DNA of 64,000 nucleotides, from IMG/VR virus record IMGVR_UViG_3300030107_005430, positions 1-64,000 of that record; one strand, written 5' to 3'. The translations under genes and the position numbers were made by a program. The DNA is from a virus. This document shows, in pieces, positions 25,918-34,712 of this stretch (its first letter is position 1; each line of letters starts with the position of its first letter). The notes below the pieces were generated by a model that was not told the origin of the DNA, did no database searches, and saw nothing but the letters and a program-made list of their open reading frames with translations.

Positions 25918-25945
25918 ATTATACTACTAAAAACAGCGTAGTCAA
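25918..25945 (-). promoter_or_regulatory. sigma70-type promoter TTGACT-N16-TATAAT
   Basis: Direct match upstream of the porin operon. Confidence 0.7.
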
Positions 25946-25961
25946 TAAAAAAATCAAATTT

Positions 25962-27905
25962 TTATCGGATCGGACAAGCCCCACCTTCGCACTCAACACC
26001 CTCTAAAACCTCTCCAGTAGCAACTGGCTTAATCTCTTTCAGACGAGAAACACGCTTGTCATATTCCTCTGAAGTAATCTCTTCGTATGGCGCTTGTGCA
26101 AAACCGTGATCGCTGTGAAGTAAGAAACTCACTGTTTTCAAGGACTTTTCATAGTTCTTTTTCATCCACTCCTTGATTTCATCAAGTTCCTCAAGATGAT
26201 AATAAACAGTAACCGATACAGAATTATCCGACCACTTTGTCTGCAATTCTTTTACTAGTTCCAATTGCTTCACCGCTGTCATATCCTTTGCGAGAATGGT
26301 ACTGCCATTTATATGACATGGGAATTCCACTACAACGGTGCTATGATCTTCTGATCCATCAAAGTTCTTTGCATACTCAACGGGATAATTTGCATCTCTA
26401 CAAATATCTACCAGTGCGTCATCACTGGACATTCTTACCCTGCGAATATAGTGACTTGAGTACGCTGGATGCACTCCCGGTGTGCTTCCAGAGAGCAAGG
26501 AGAGCGTCCCTGAGGGCTTCACAGTCGTTAATCTGACAGAAGTGGGGTATCCCTTCCTTGTAGACCAACTTTCATCAAATTCACGCAGATAGTCGTAACA
26601 TTCCTCTAGCCATTCTATCTTATCAAGTGATTGACAGATACCAGTAACACCTACACCAATTCTCATGTTTCGATGAACAACTTCTTCTGTCTTCTTATGA
26701 ATAAATGGCAAGGCGCAAATTGCTTTTTGTGTTTTATACAGAAGTTTTGCACATTCTTTCAACTCAGTCTTTGATTCAACATTGTTGAGATAGATCTCTG
26801 AAAGATTGCAACATTCATGTGATTCCAAAAGAATTTCTGCACATGGATTGATAATCTCACACTTGTCCTTTGATCTTTCTCCAAGTCTACCAGTCTTCTG
26901 TGCAAGTGGCAGATTGAAGAAACCATAAGGTTCACCAGAACCATCATAACCTTTCCACACAGTGTCGCTGATGTGATCGTATGAATCTGCATAGATTGTG
27001 TTGTTTGACATTGCACGCCAGTTTGGAATGTTTCCTAAGTCCCAACGCTTTGCACGAAGATAGAGATAATCATCTGGATCACCTACAGCAATCTCAGCCG
27101 AACGACGAACATTTCCTGCAACGACAATGGAACCAATGATATTACAAATGTCAAGAACATCAAGAGATCGTAACTTCTTTCCTTCTCGTTCACGAACCAC
27201 ACCAGCAATCTTCTCAATACCATCAATGAGAATACCGGGACCGGAAGCCTTTCCTCCGAAACCATGAATGTGTTCCCCCGATGAACGAACAAGAATTGTA
27301 GAGTATGTGAAGGACTCACCTGTATAGAACAGAGACTTCAAACACTTCTTCAGAAGTTTCACCCAACCCTCACGGGAATCAGGAACAATGTAATCTGCAT
27401 CGTTTGTCTTTTCATGAGTGATCACCACACCCTCTTTGACGCGAGGAAGTTCATGAACGTCTTCCTTACGAATAGAGAATCCAACACCACCACCAAGCAT
27501 CAAGTTCTCAAAGATGAAGCAGAAGTCATCAATGTCACGAATGCAAACACCCCAACAATTCAAAAGGGAATTACCACCGAAGCGATCAACTGTTGAAGTT
27601 CCAAGTTGCCAAAGCATTCTTCCTGCGAAGTTACACTTTAGATTGAAAACATAATCATACAACTTCTGTGCTTCTGCTTTTGTGTAATCTGCACCGATCT
27701 TCTGTGCGCCGTTGATACAACGTGCTACAGTTTCCCACCACTCTTCGTTGGTTCCGTCTTCTTTGATTCGGGAATATGTTCGTTTATAAACAATCTCACC
27801 CAATCCGTTGTAACCCCAGTTTGGCTTCTTTGTTTTATATGGGGAGAGAAATTCTTCGGTGAGGATGTCACTAATATAAGTCATAATATACTTTCCTTTG
27901 ATCAT
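25962..27905 (-). CDS. nrdJ: Class II (B12-dependent) ribonucleotide reductase
   Basis: YKRTYSR, LLNC, GGGVGFS, VVAGNVRRSA, NPCAEI, TTVKPSGT, C-terminal CEGGACPIR. Confidence 0.95.
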   Translation of the reverse strand: MIKGKYIMTYISDILTEEFLSPYKTKKPNWGYNGLGEIVYKRTYSRIKEDGTNEEWWETVARCINGAQKIGADYTKAEAQKLYDYVFNLKCNFAGRMLWQLGTSTVDRFGGNSLLNCWGVCIRDIDDFCFIFENLMLGGGVGFSIRKEDVHELPRVKEGVVITHEKTNDADYIVPDSREGWVKLLKKCLKSLFYTGESFTYSTILVRSSGEHIHGFGGKASGPGILIDGIEKIAGVVREREGKKLRSLDVLDICNIIGSIVVAGNVRRSAEIAVGDPDDYLYLRAKRWDLGNIPNWRAMSNNTIYADSYDHISDTVWKGYDGSGEPYGFFNLPLAQKTGRLGERSKDKCEIINPCAEILLESHECCNLSEIYLNNVESKTELKECAKLLYKTQKAICALPFIHKKTEEVVHRNMRIGVGVTGICQSLDKIEWLEECYDYLREFDESWSTRKGYPTSVRLTTVKPSGTLSLLSGSTPGVHPAYSSHYIRRVRMSSDDALVDICRDANYPVEYAKNFDGSEDHSTVVVEFPCHINGSTILAKDMTAVKQLELVKELQTKWSDNSVSVTVYYHLEELDEIKEWMKKNYEKSLKTVSFLLHSDHGFAQAPYEEITSEEYDKRVSRLKEIKPVATGEVLEGVECEGGACPIR

Positions 27906-27928
27906 TTATTTCGGATGTAATATCTATA

Positions 27929-28672
27929 TTACTTTGTAAGTTGTTTCCATGAAACCGGGAAGAATGGTTCAATAATTCTTCCAACTGCATACGCATATTG
28001 TCCTATTTCCCATTGTGCATGATTATCAATTCTCTGCTTATAGAACCTTGCATACGCAGCGAGCGAACCAGTCCAATACCATTCGGTGTACATTCCTTGT
28101 GGAAGAGCAAATCGTGCCTGCTCTGGTGCAACATTTGCAGCAATCAAATCTTCGTACATACTTTCTGCTTGTTTCATAAGACTATCGTATTTACGATATA
28201 GAGGATGGGTTGCAAATCCACCAGAAGTGTCACCTTCTCCCGAACACTCCATCCAACCGTCACTACCTTGTTTAGCGTTATTCGTTGGTTTCTTTCTCCA
28301 CTTAGGATGATAGAATTCTGGAGGGTTATCTACATATCTACGACTAATTTCGTTCTCCACAAACCCCTGCTTGTGCTTGAAGAATTGTGTGCGAATAGAG
28401 ATCGGTGCTTTGATTCTTAGAGTAATTTGTGGGTGTGCAAATGGTGTCCAGTGATTATGCTTTGCAAGATAACGAATTAGTTTTTCGTCTTTCTCCTTCA
28501 GAATCATTCTATCTTTTGTGTGATCATCCCATTCACTTTCATTTGAAAATGAAACTCTTGCAGCGTTAACCACAGTGAGATCTGTTCCCATCACATCTAC
28601 AAGTTGAACAAACCCATGATCTAAAACTCGAACATCTGTCATATATCTTTCTGGAATATTACTCATTATCAC
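27929..28672 (-). CDS. thyX: Flavin-dependent thymidylate synthase
   Basis: VVNAARVSF, HWTPF, KHK..NEISRRY, EQARFALPQ, HAQWEI. Confidence 0.95.
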   Translation of the reverse strand: MIMSNIPERYMTDVRVLDHGFVQLVDVMGTDLTVVNAARVSFSNESEWDDHTKDRMILKEKDEKLIRYLAKHNHWTPFAHPQITLRIKAPISIRTQFFKHKQGFVENEISRRYVDNPPEFYHPKWRKKPTNNAKQGSDGWMECSGEGDTSGGFATHPLYRKYDSLMKQAESMYEDLIAANVAPEQARFALPQGMYTEWYWTGSLAAYARFYKQRIDNHAQWEIGQYAYAVGRIIEPFFPVSWKQLTK

Positions 28673-29655
28673 TACCTCTTTTTCAAATTATAATTAGATT
28701 CCAATTCATGATCAATCATTTCATCAATCATTTGTTCAAAAGTATAATCTGGAGTCCATCCCAACTTCTCTTTGAGTTTTGTGCAATCTCCCTTGAGTTC
28801 ATCTAATTCTTCGGGACGAAAATACTTTTCATCAATAACAACATAATCTTCATAATTCATATCAAGTGCTTCGAATGTATACTTACAGAAATCTCTTACT
28901 GTATGAGAAATGCCTGTGGAACAAACAAAGTCATCTGGTTCATCCTGCTGTAGCATCATCCACATCGCCTTAACATAATCCTTTGCATGTCCCCAATCTC
29001 GACTTGCTTCTAAATTACCGAGTGCAAGTTTTTCCTGTTCGCCCATCTTGATTGCACATGCACCCTTAACAATCTTTTCAGTCACAAAATTTGAACCTCT
29101 GCGGGGAGATTCGTGATTGAAAAGAATACCATTTGAGATGAACATCTTATATGAATGTCTATAGTTTCTACCGATGTTGTAGGCGAAAACCTTTGCACAA
29201 CCATAAGGACTAACTGGACGCATGGGTGTAGTTTCCCTTTGGAACCCATCGTCATCAATGCAGTTTCCAAACATTTCTGATGAAGATGCTTGATATATTT
29301 TTGTCCAAGGACAAACAATACGACATGCTTCAAAGACATTCAACACACCAAGTCCGGTTGCAGTTGCAGTATAAACTGGAATGTCGAAACTGATACGAAC
29401 ATGTGATTGTGCCGCTAAGTTGTAAACCTCGTCCGGTTCCACTTTCTGAAGAATATGAATCAGTGATGCTAAGTCTGTCAAGTCACCATAATACAAATGT
29501 AACTTATCATAACATTCATCAAGTCTTGCGGTTTGATTCTCTGCTACAGAATTTCTTTTAAGAATACCATGAACTTCGTAACCCTTTTCCAAAAGAAATT
29601 CTGCAAGATAAGAACCATCTTGTCCATTAATTCCCGTAATCAATGCTTTTTTCAT
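28672..29655 (-). CDS. gmd: GDP-mannose 4,6-dehydratase
   Basis: ITGINGQDGSYLAE, NLAAQSHV, QASSSE, SPYGCAK, FNHESPRRG, RDWGHA. Confidence 0.96.
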   Translation of the reverse strand: MKKALITGINGQDGSYLAEFLLEKGYEVHGILKRNSVAENQTARLDECYDKLHLYYGDLTDLASLIHILQKVEPDEVYNLAAQSHVRISFDIPVYTATATGLGVLNVFEACRIVCPWTKIYQASSSEMFGNCIDDDGFQRETTPMRPVSPYGCAKVFAYNIGRNYRHSYKMFISNGILFNHESPRRGSNFVTEKIVKGACAIKMGEQEKLALGNLEASRDWGHAKDYVKAMWMMLQQDEPDDFVCSTGISHTVRDFCKYTFEALDMNYEDYVVIDEKYFRPEELDELKGDCTKLKEKLGWTPDYTFEQMIDEMIDHELESNYNLKKR

Positions 29656-30563
29656 TTTCTAGCCTTCTCATAATTTTCTATAAACCACTCAATTGTTTTT
29701 ACAAGTCCCACTTCAATTGGAACAAATGCATAATTAGGAAGCAACGACTTTAATTTACTATTATCTGATGGTTTCTTAAGAATTCCATCTCTTTCTTGAT
29801 TAAAAATAATATTTCCTTCAAATCCCATCCTCCATGAAATTTCTTGTGCAATTGTTGCGATGGAAATTTCTTGATCTGGAGAAATAATTACAGGATCAGG
29901 ATCATCGTAATTTTCTAACACCCACTGAGTTATATATCCTACATCTTCAGAGTAGACAAATTCACGATATGCTTTTCCTGTTCCCCACACTTCAAAGTCT
30001 GTATTATTTTGTTTTGCTAAATAACATTTATGAATTAAAGCAGGAATCACATGACTGGACTCCAAATTAAAATTATCATTTGGACCGTAAATGTTACAGG
30101 GAATCACTGTGACAAAGTTACACCCGTGTTGATCTCTATATGCTCTACTCTGAACTTCTAACATTCTTTTTGCATATGCATATGCATAGTTTGTCGGGTG
30201 CGGTTCTCCAGAGTGAAGTTGATCTGTTGTTAATGGATAGTTAGCATCTGTTGGAAAAACACAACTAGACATAAACGAAACAACTTTAGACAGACGACAA
30301 AGCCTAGCGGCTTCAAGAACATTTGTGTTTATTCTAATATTGTCATAAAAAAAATCACCAAGATAATCTGAATTTGCTTTAATGCCACCAACCTTTGCAG
30401 CACAATGTACGATACGATCAATATTATTGTCTTGAATATAATTTATTATATCTTGTAGATTGAATAAATTAAGATCTTTGGATGAAGGTTTAAAATCAGA
30501 TTCCAAACAAGAACCAACAAGTCCACTGCCTCCGGTAATTAAAGTATTCATATTTTTCTCCAA
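29652..30563 (-). CDS. fcl: GDP-L-fucose synthase
   Basis: GGSGLVG, AAKVGGI, SSCVFP, YAYAK, PCNIYGPNDNF, SHVIPALI. Confidence 0.93.
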   Translation of the reverse strand: MEKNMNTLITGGSGLVGSCLESDFKPSSKDLNLFNLQDIINYIQDNNIDRIVHCAAKVGGIKANSDYLGDFFYDNIRINTNVLEAARLCRLSKVVSFMSSCVFPTDANYPLTTDQLHSGEPHPTNYAYAYAKRMLEVQSRAYRDQHGCNFVTVIPCNIYGPNDNFNLESSHVIPALIHKCYLAKQNNTDFEVWGTGKAYREFVYSEDVGYITQWVLENYDDPDPVIISPDQEISIATIAQEISWRMGFEGNIIFNQERDGILKKPSDNSKLKSLLPNYAFVPIEVGLVKTIEWFIENYEKARK

Positions 30564-31615
30564 TCACGAAATCTAAGAGTGGCTTCCAACCCACTAAATG
30601 TATTTTCATCAATTAACTTTTGTATCTTACGAGTAGACATGTTGTATGCCATATCATTAATATCTTTCTCTTTTATATTATCAGGCCATATACAAACTTC
30701 TCGTCCCAGTTCAATTAGTTTTTCAATATATGCACAGATTTGTTTGTTCCGTGGTTCATTGTCTAGAATATATGTCATAGATGTATTGTCAAATCTAGTC
30801 GGTGTTTCTTTTAATGCGCCTGCTCCAACCATTGCTACTGCATTCTGGAGGAACAGAGAATCAATCGGTCCTTCTACAGCGTACACACGCTTCTTTGGAT
30901 CTGTTCTCCATAAACCATACCAAAGACGATCAATACTTTTATCTGCTTTTACAGTAATATACTTTGCAGTTGTTCTTGCTTCCGCTTCATCTTTCATATT
31001 CAATGCTCTACCCTGACAAGCAACGACATCTCCATGACTGTTAAAAAAAGGAATCACTAATCTTTCTTCTTTTCCGACAGTAAGACAATCAGGATCTAAC
31101 TTTCTCATGAAGTTTCCAAAATCTTCTGTGTAGTATAAAAGTTTCCAATGTTGTTTTGGAATAATTCTCATATTAGCGAACTGCACAGCAACATGATCTT
31201 CTGGTAGATCGCACAAACGATCAAGACCATCCAACAACTCATCTTTCTTTTTAAACACTGGTTTCTTATCTTTGAATCGGAACAAATCTTCTTCCTTTGG
31301 TTTCTTATAATTTGATCGTCCGTTTTCTCCATTACGAAATCTCTCAAGAGAATACTCTTTACATAACGAAGGAGACACATCCTTTAAGAAATTATATAGG
31401 TTGAGTCCGACACCACAGTTGTGACATTTATAGAAAAAATCATTACCTTTTTGGTAAAAGAATCCTCTTGCTTTATTTTTATTTTTTGTAGAGTCTCCGC
31501 ATATGGGACACCTGCAATTTGCGAGGTTTTCTTTCTTCCATTTGAACTTCTCAAGTTGAGGAGAAACCATGTTTATAAACTTTTTATCAATAAAGGTACT
31601 CATCAAATATTCCAA
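30548..31615 (-). CDS. 61: T4 gp61-like DNA primase
   Basis: CRCPICGDS..KCHNCG zinc finger; VEGPIDSLF; DNEPRN; KDIND. Confidence 0.95.
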   Translation of the reverse strand: MEYLMSTFIDKKFINMVSPQLEKFKWKKENLANCRCPICGDSTKNKNKARGFFYQKGNDFFYKCHNCGVGLNLYNFLKDVSPSLCKEYSLERFRNGENGRSNYKKPKEEDLFRFKDKKPVFKKKDELLDGLDRLCDLPEDHVAVQFANMRIIPKQHWKLLYYTEDFGNFMRKLDPDCLTVGKEERLVIPFFNSHGDVVACQGRALNMKDEAEARTTAKYITVKADKSIDRLWYGLWRTDPKKRVYAVEGPIDSLFLQNAVAMVGAGALKETPTRFDNTSMTYILDNEPRNKQICAYIEKLIELGREVCIWPDNIKEKDINDMAYNMSTRKIQKLIDENTFSGLEATLRFRDWRKI

Positions 31616-33015
31616 CTAGTAAATTTTTCCTTAGTCATTTTAAATTTGTCATCAAAATTATCACCATCGAAACCAGAACCCAATGTACTTGTGTTGGTTT
31701 GATTTGATTCCACCAAACCTTGTTGATCATCGCGTTTGACATCCGACAACTTCATCTTTGCACGATTGATTCCAAGAATAAATTTACGATTCGCAACTGT
31801 ATCATTATAGCGATTCTTTAATTGCTTCACAAGCACTTGATTCTGTTCATCTAATTCTTCAGTCGAAATCAGAGCAACCATGAAGTCTGCTGTTGCCGGA
31901 AGTCCAAATGATTCGGATGTGTCTTCCAGTCCAACATCACTGCTGGAGAATCCGGTTCTATTGGTTTGAGTTGCAGACCAAACTGGAACATTATATTCCA
32001 CTGCAAGTCCTCGAAGTTCCTCTGCAATAGATTTAACATACTGATATGTGTTGATATTTCCACCATTCTTCAATCTCGCGGATGCACATATATTTAAATA
32101 ATCTATAAAGATAATATCAGGTTTAAACTTTTTCTTGATATTTAGTTCATCAAGGAGAATTCTAAAATGATTTGAATTTGCTGTAGCAGTTGGATACTCT
32201 TTAATGATAAGTTTACCGCTGATACCAGCAGTCATGGTGTTCAATTTACTGTCGTACATTTGCTTCGGAAGATCCTTAAGATCATCCATCGTAATGTCCA
32301 TGAGGTTTGCATCAATTCTTTCTGCAATTCGTTCTTCTGCCATCTCACATGTAATATACAGAACATTTAGATTCTGTGAAAGGCAATTTGCTGCATGGTG
32401 ACACATGAACAATGACTTACCAACACCCGTTCCCGCCATTACAATGTTTAATGTTTTTTGTGGTGTCCCACCATTTGTAATGGTATTAAAGAAGTCTAAA
32501 TCGAAAGGGACTCGTTTTTCAACTCTATGATAGAACTCAAATCGTTCGTCCGAGTCTTCAATGTAATCATGTCCAATGTGAGTATCAAATGATACAGATA
32601 AAGCATCAGATAAAATATTTGGTATAGCGTTTTCTGTCTGAGTATTTGATTTACCATCAATGATATGAATAGATTCCATAATGGCATTATAGATTGCTTT
32701 GTCTTTACAAAATCTTTCTGTTTCTTCTGTTATCCAATTCAGATCAGGTTCTTTGTGGTCCTGTGATATATCTTCAACAAGAGAAATAGCATCCTTATAT
32801 TCATCCTCATTTATAGTATTGTCCTTCTGTAAAGAAAGAACAATTGCTTCCTTTGTAGGAATACCATTATAAGAGATGATATATTCTCTTACGATTGAAA
32901 ATACTTTCTTATCAATCTTGTTGTGAAAATATTCATCTTTGATGAATGGAATAACACGACGAGAGTATTCATCATTCGATATTAAATTTTGTAAAATAAC
33001 TTTTTCTTCAGTCAT
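31603..33015 (-). CDS. 41: T4 gp41-like replicative helicase
   Basis: AGTGVGKS, IIKEYPT, IDYLNI, IAEELRG, SATQTNR, SESFGLPATAD. Confidence 0.96.
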   Translation of the reverse strand: MTEEKVILQNLISNDEYSRRVIPFIKDEYFHNKIDKKVFSIVREYIISYNGIPTKEAIVLSLQKDNTINEDEYKDAISLVEDISQDHKEPDLNWITEETERFCKDKAIYNAIMESIHIIDGKSNTQTENAIPNILSDALSVSFDTHIGHDYIEDSDERFEFYHRVEKRVPFDLDFFNTITNGGTPQKTLNIVMAGTGVGKSLFMCHHAANCLSQNLNVLYITCEMAEERIAERIDANLMDITMDDLKDLPKQMYDSKLNTMTAGISGKLIIKEYPTATANSNHFRILLDELNIKKKFKPDIIFIDYLNICASARLKNGGNINTYQYVKSIAEELRGLAVEYNVPVWSATQTNRTGFSSSDVGLEDTSESFGLPATADFMVALISTEELDEQNQVLVKQLKNRYNDTVANRKFILGINRAKMKLSDVKRDDQQGLVESNQTNTSTLGSGFDGDNFDDKFKMTKEKFTSWNI

Positions 33016-33343
33016 TCGATTCTTCGTTCACGCTTCTTAGAAAATCCTGTTCGTTTTGTGTCAATTCTGATCCAATTATATCTACCAGAATGTCCCCAAT
33101 TTCACTATGAAACTTTTCACTCTTTTCCAATTCATCGGTAGAAAAGGAAGAAGGGTTTTCAATAATATCATAATCAAAAACTAACTTCATATGTTCTTGT
33201 TCTTCATCAAATCGAATAGAACCATATTGATATGAAATTCCTTCATAATCTCCTTCTGTGATTATGATAGGAACTGGTTCTGATCCAGAAGCATCGTCAA
33301 ATTTATAGTTCTTCGTTGTCATCGTTTTCTCCTTCGTTTTCAT
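33008..33343 (-). CDS. Hypothetical protein at the T4 gp40 position
   Basis: Between uvsX and 41; YQYG..LVFDYDI. Confidence 0.55.
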   Translation of the reverse strand: MKTKEKTMTTKNYKFDDASGSEPVPIIITEGDYEGISYQYGSIRFDEEQEHMKLVFDYDIIENPSSFSTDELEKSEKFHSEIGDILVDIIGSELTQNEQDFLRSVNEESND

Positions 33344-34364
33344 CTGTCATGTTACCATACTTGAATTCTTTTGCAACTGCCGATTCCAAAGCCCACATAA
33401 CTTCATCCGTAAAATATTTTTCAGGTTCGTTATTGATTGACTTTTCGAAAGCAGTCTTCCCATCAGGCAACTCGATGCGAGTAGAAACCTTTTTAAATAT
33501 TCCATGTTTAACTGCTAATGGAACAAGACCATAATAAGGATTCAATCCGGTATCATAATTCAACTGGACTTCGACTTCCTTGTTCTCTTTGGTGAATCTA
33601 CCCTTGAACAATTTACATTTAATAATATTACCAACAATGTCAGTTCCGTCTTTGTCCTTCTTCTTTGAAAGATAGACAATCGTAGAAGCAGCGTACTTCA
33701 AACCAGAACCACCACCCATCTCTTTCATTGGAACATAAGCACCAACAACTTGGTATGTGTGATTTGTCATGACAAGAGGGATTCCCGCTCTACCCAACTT
33801 AAGAGTAAGCACACGGAATGTTGCTTTGATGACCTGAGCCCGCGTCATGTCTCGGGTTGACTTACCTTCTGCGGTATCTGTCATTTCTTTTTCGGTTGAA
33901 AGCATACCAAGAGAATCAAGAACGATCAATACGGGCTTCTTCTCTCCAGACTCGATGTATTTGTCAACAATATTAATTGCTTGGTGTCTAAAATCTTCCA
34001 CTGTAGCAACAGGAAAAATTGCAACTCTAGAAGAATCCATTCCTCTCTCTTCAATCATTTGACTGGTTACTGCTTGTTCAGTATCAAAATATAAAATGAC
34101 ACCATCTGGATTATCATCAAGAAATTTATTACAAATTCCCATTGCAAAATATGTCTTGCCGGTTGAAGACTCACCTGCAATTGCTAGGATTTTATTATCT
34201 GGCATACCACCATAAAGTGAACCAGACAAAAGTGCATTAAACGCATAACTTCCAGTGTCAACAAAATCTGTTACGTCTGCACCTTCTATGCCGTCTGAAG
34301 CAATACCTGCATAATCATTACCAGATTCTTTAATTAAAGTATTAAGAAAATCGCTATTGCTCAT
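33303..34364 (-). CDS. uvsX: RecA-like recombinase
   Basis: [35 protein letters not shown]. Confidence 0.95.
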   Translation of the reverse strand: MSNSDFLNTLIKESGNDYAGIASDGIEGADVTDFVDTGSYAFNALLSGSLYGGMPDNKILAIAGESSTGKTYFAMGICNKFLDDNPDGVILYFDTEQAVTSQMIEERGMDSSRVAIFPVATVEDFRHQAINIVDKYIESGEKKPVLIVLDSLGMLSTEKEMTDTAEGKSTRDMTRAQVIKATFRVLTLKLGRAGIPLVMTNHTYQVVGAYVPMKEMGGGSGLKYAASTIVYLSKKKDKDGTDIVGNIIKCKLFKGRFTKENKEVEVQLNYDTGLNPYYGLVPLAVKHGIFKKVSTRIELPDGKTAFEKSINNEPEKYFTDEVMWALESAVAKEFKYGNMTDENEGENDDNEEL

Positions 34365-34521
34365 TACGCTTTACCTTCTTTCTTTTCTTTTTGTTTTTAC
34401 TCTTTGGTTTAGTTTCTTTCTTTTTATCTTCTTCAGTTTCTGTAAAACCAAGAATTTTCGCCCAACCATCTACAGTCCTATCAATTAATGCTTCTAAATT
34501 TGTACCTTTAATATAACTCAT
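34354..34521 (-). CDS. 55-aa hypothetical protein with Lys-rich tail
   Basis: Hand translation [23 protein letters not shown]; ATGA coupling. Confidence 0.55.
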   Translation of the reverse strand: MSYIKGTNLEALIDRTVDGWAKILGFTETEEDKKKETKPKSKNKKKRKKVKRNEQ

Positions 34522-34712
34522 CTTAATCTCTCCATTTGCTTTATAGAATACTCTAATTCATCACATATGTCTAGAGTTTTCTCATAGGTTTCTACCGGAC
34601 AATCTTTATCTTTTTGTTGTTCCTTGAGTATTGATCTATATTTTTCTAATTGTTTTTGTAAAACTTCCTTTATAAACAATACTGTTTTATATTCAATGTA
34701 TCCCTGATTCAT
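34518..34712 (-). CDS. Small hypothetical protein
   Basis: MNQGY start overlaps the polymerase stop (ATGA). Confidence 0.6.
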   Translation of the reverse strand: MNQGYIEYKTVLFIKEVLQKQLEKYRSILKEQQKDKDCPVETYEKTLDICDELEYSIKQMERLR

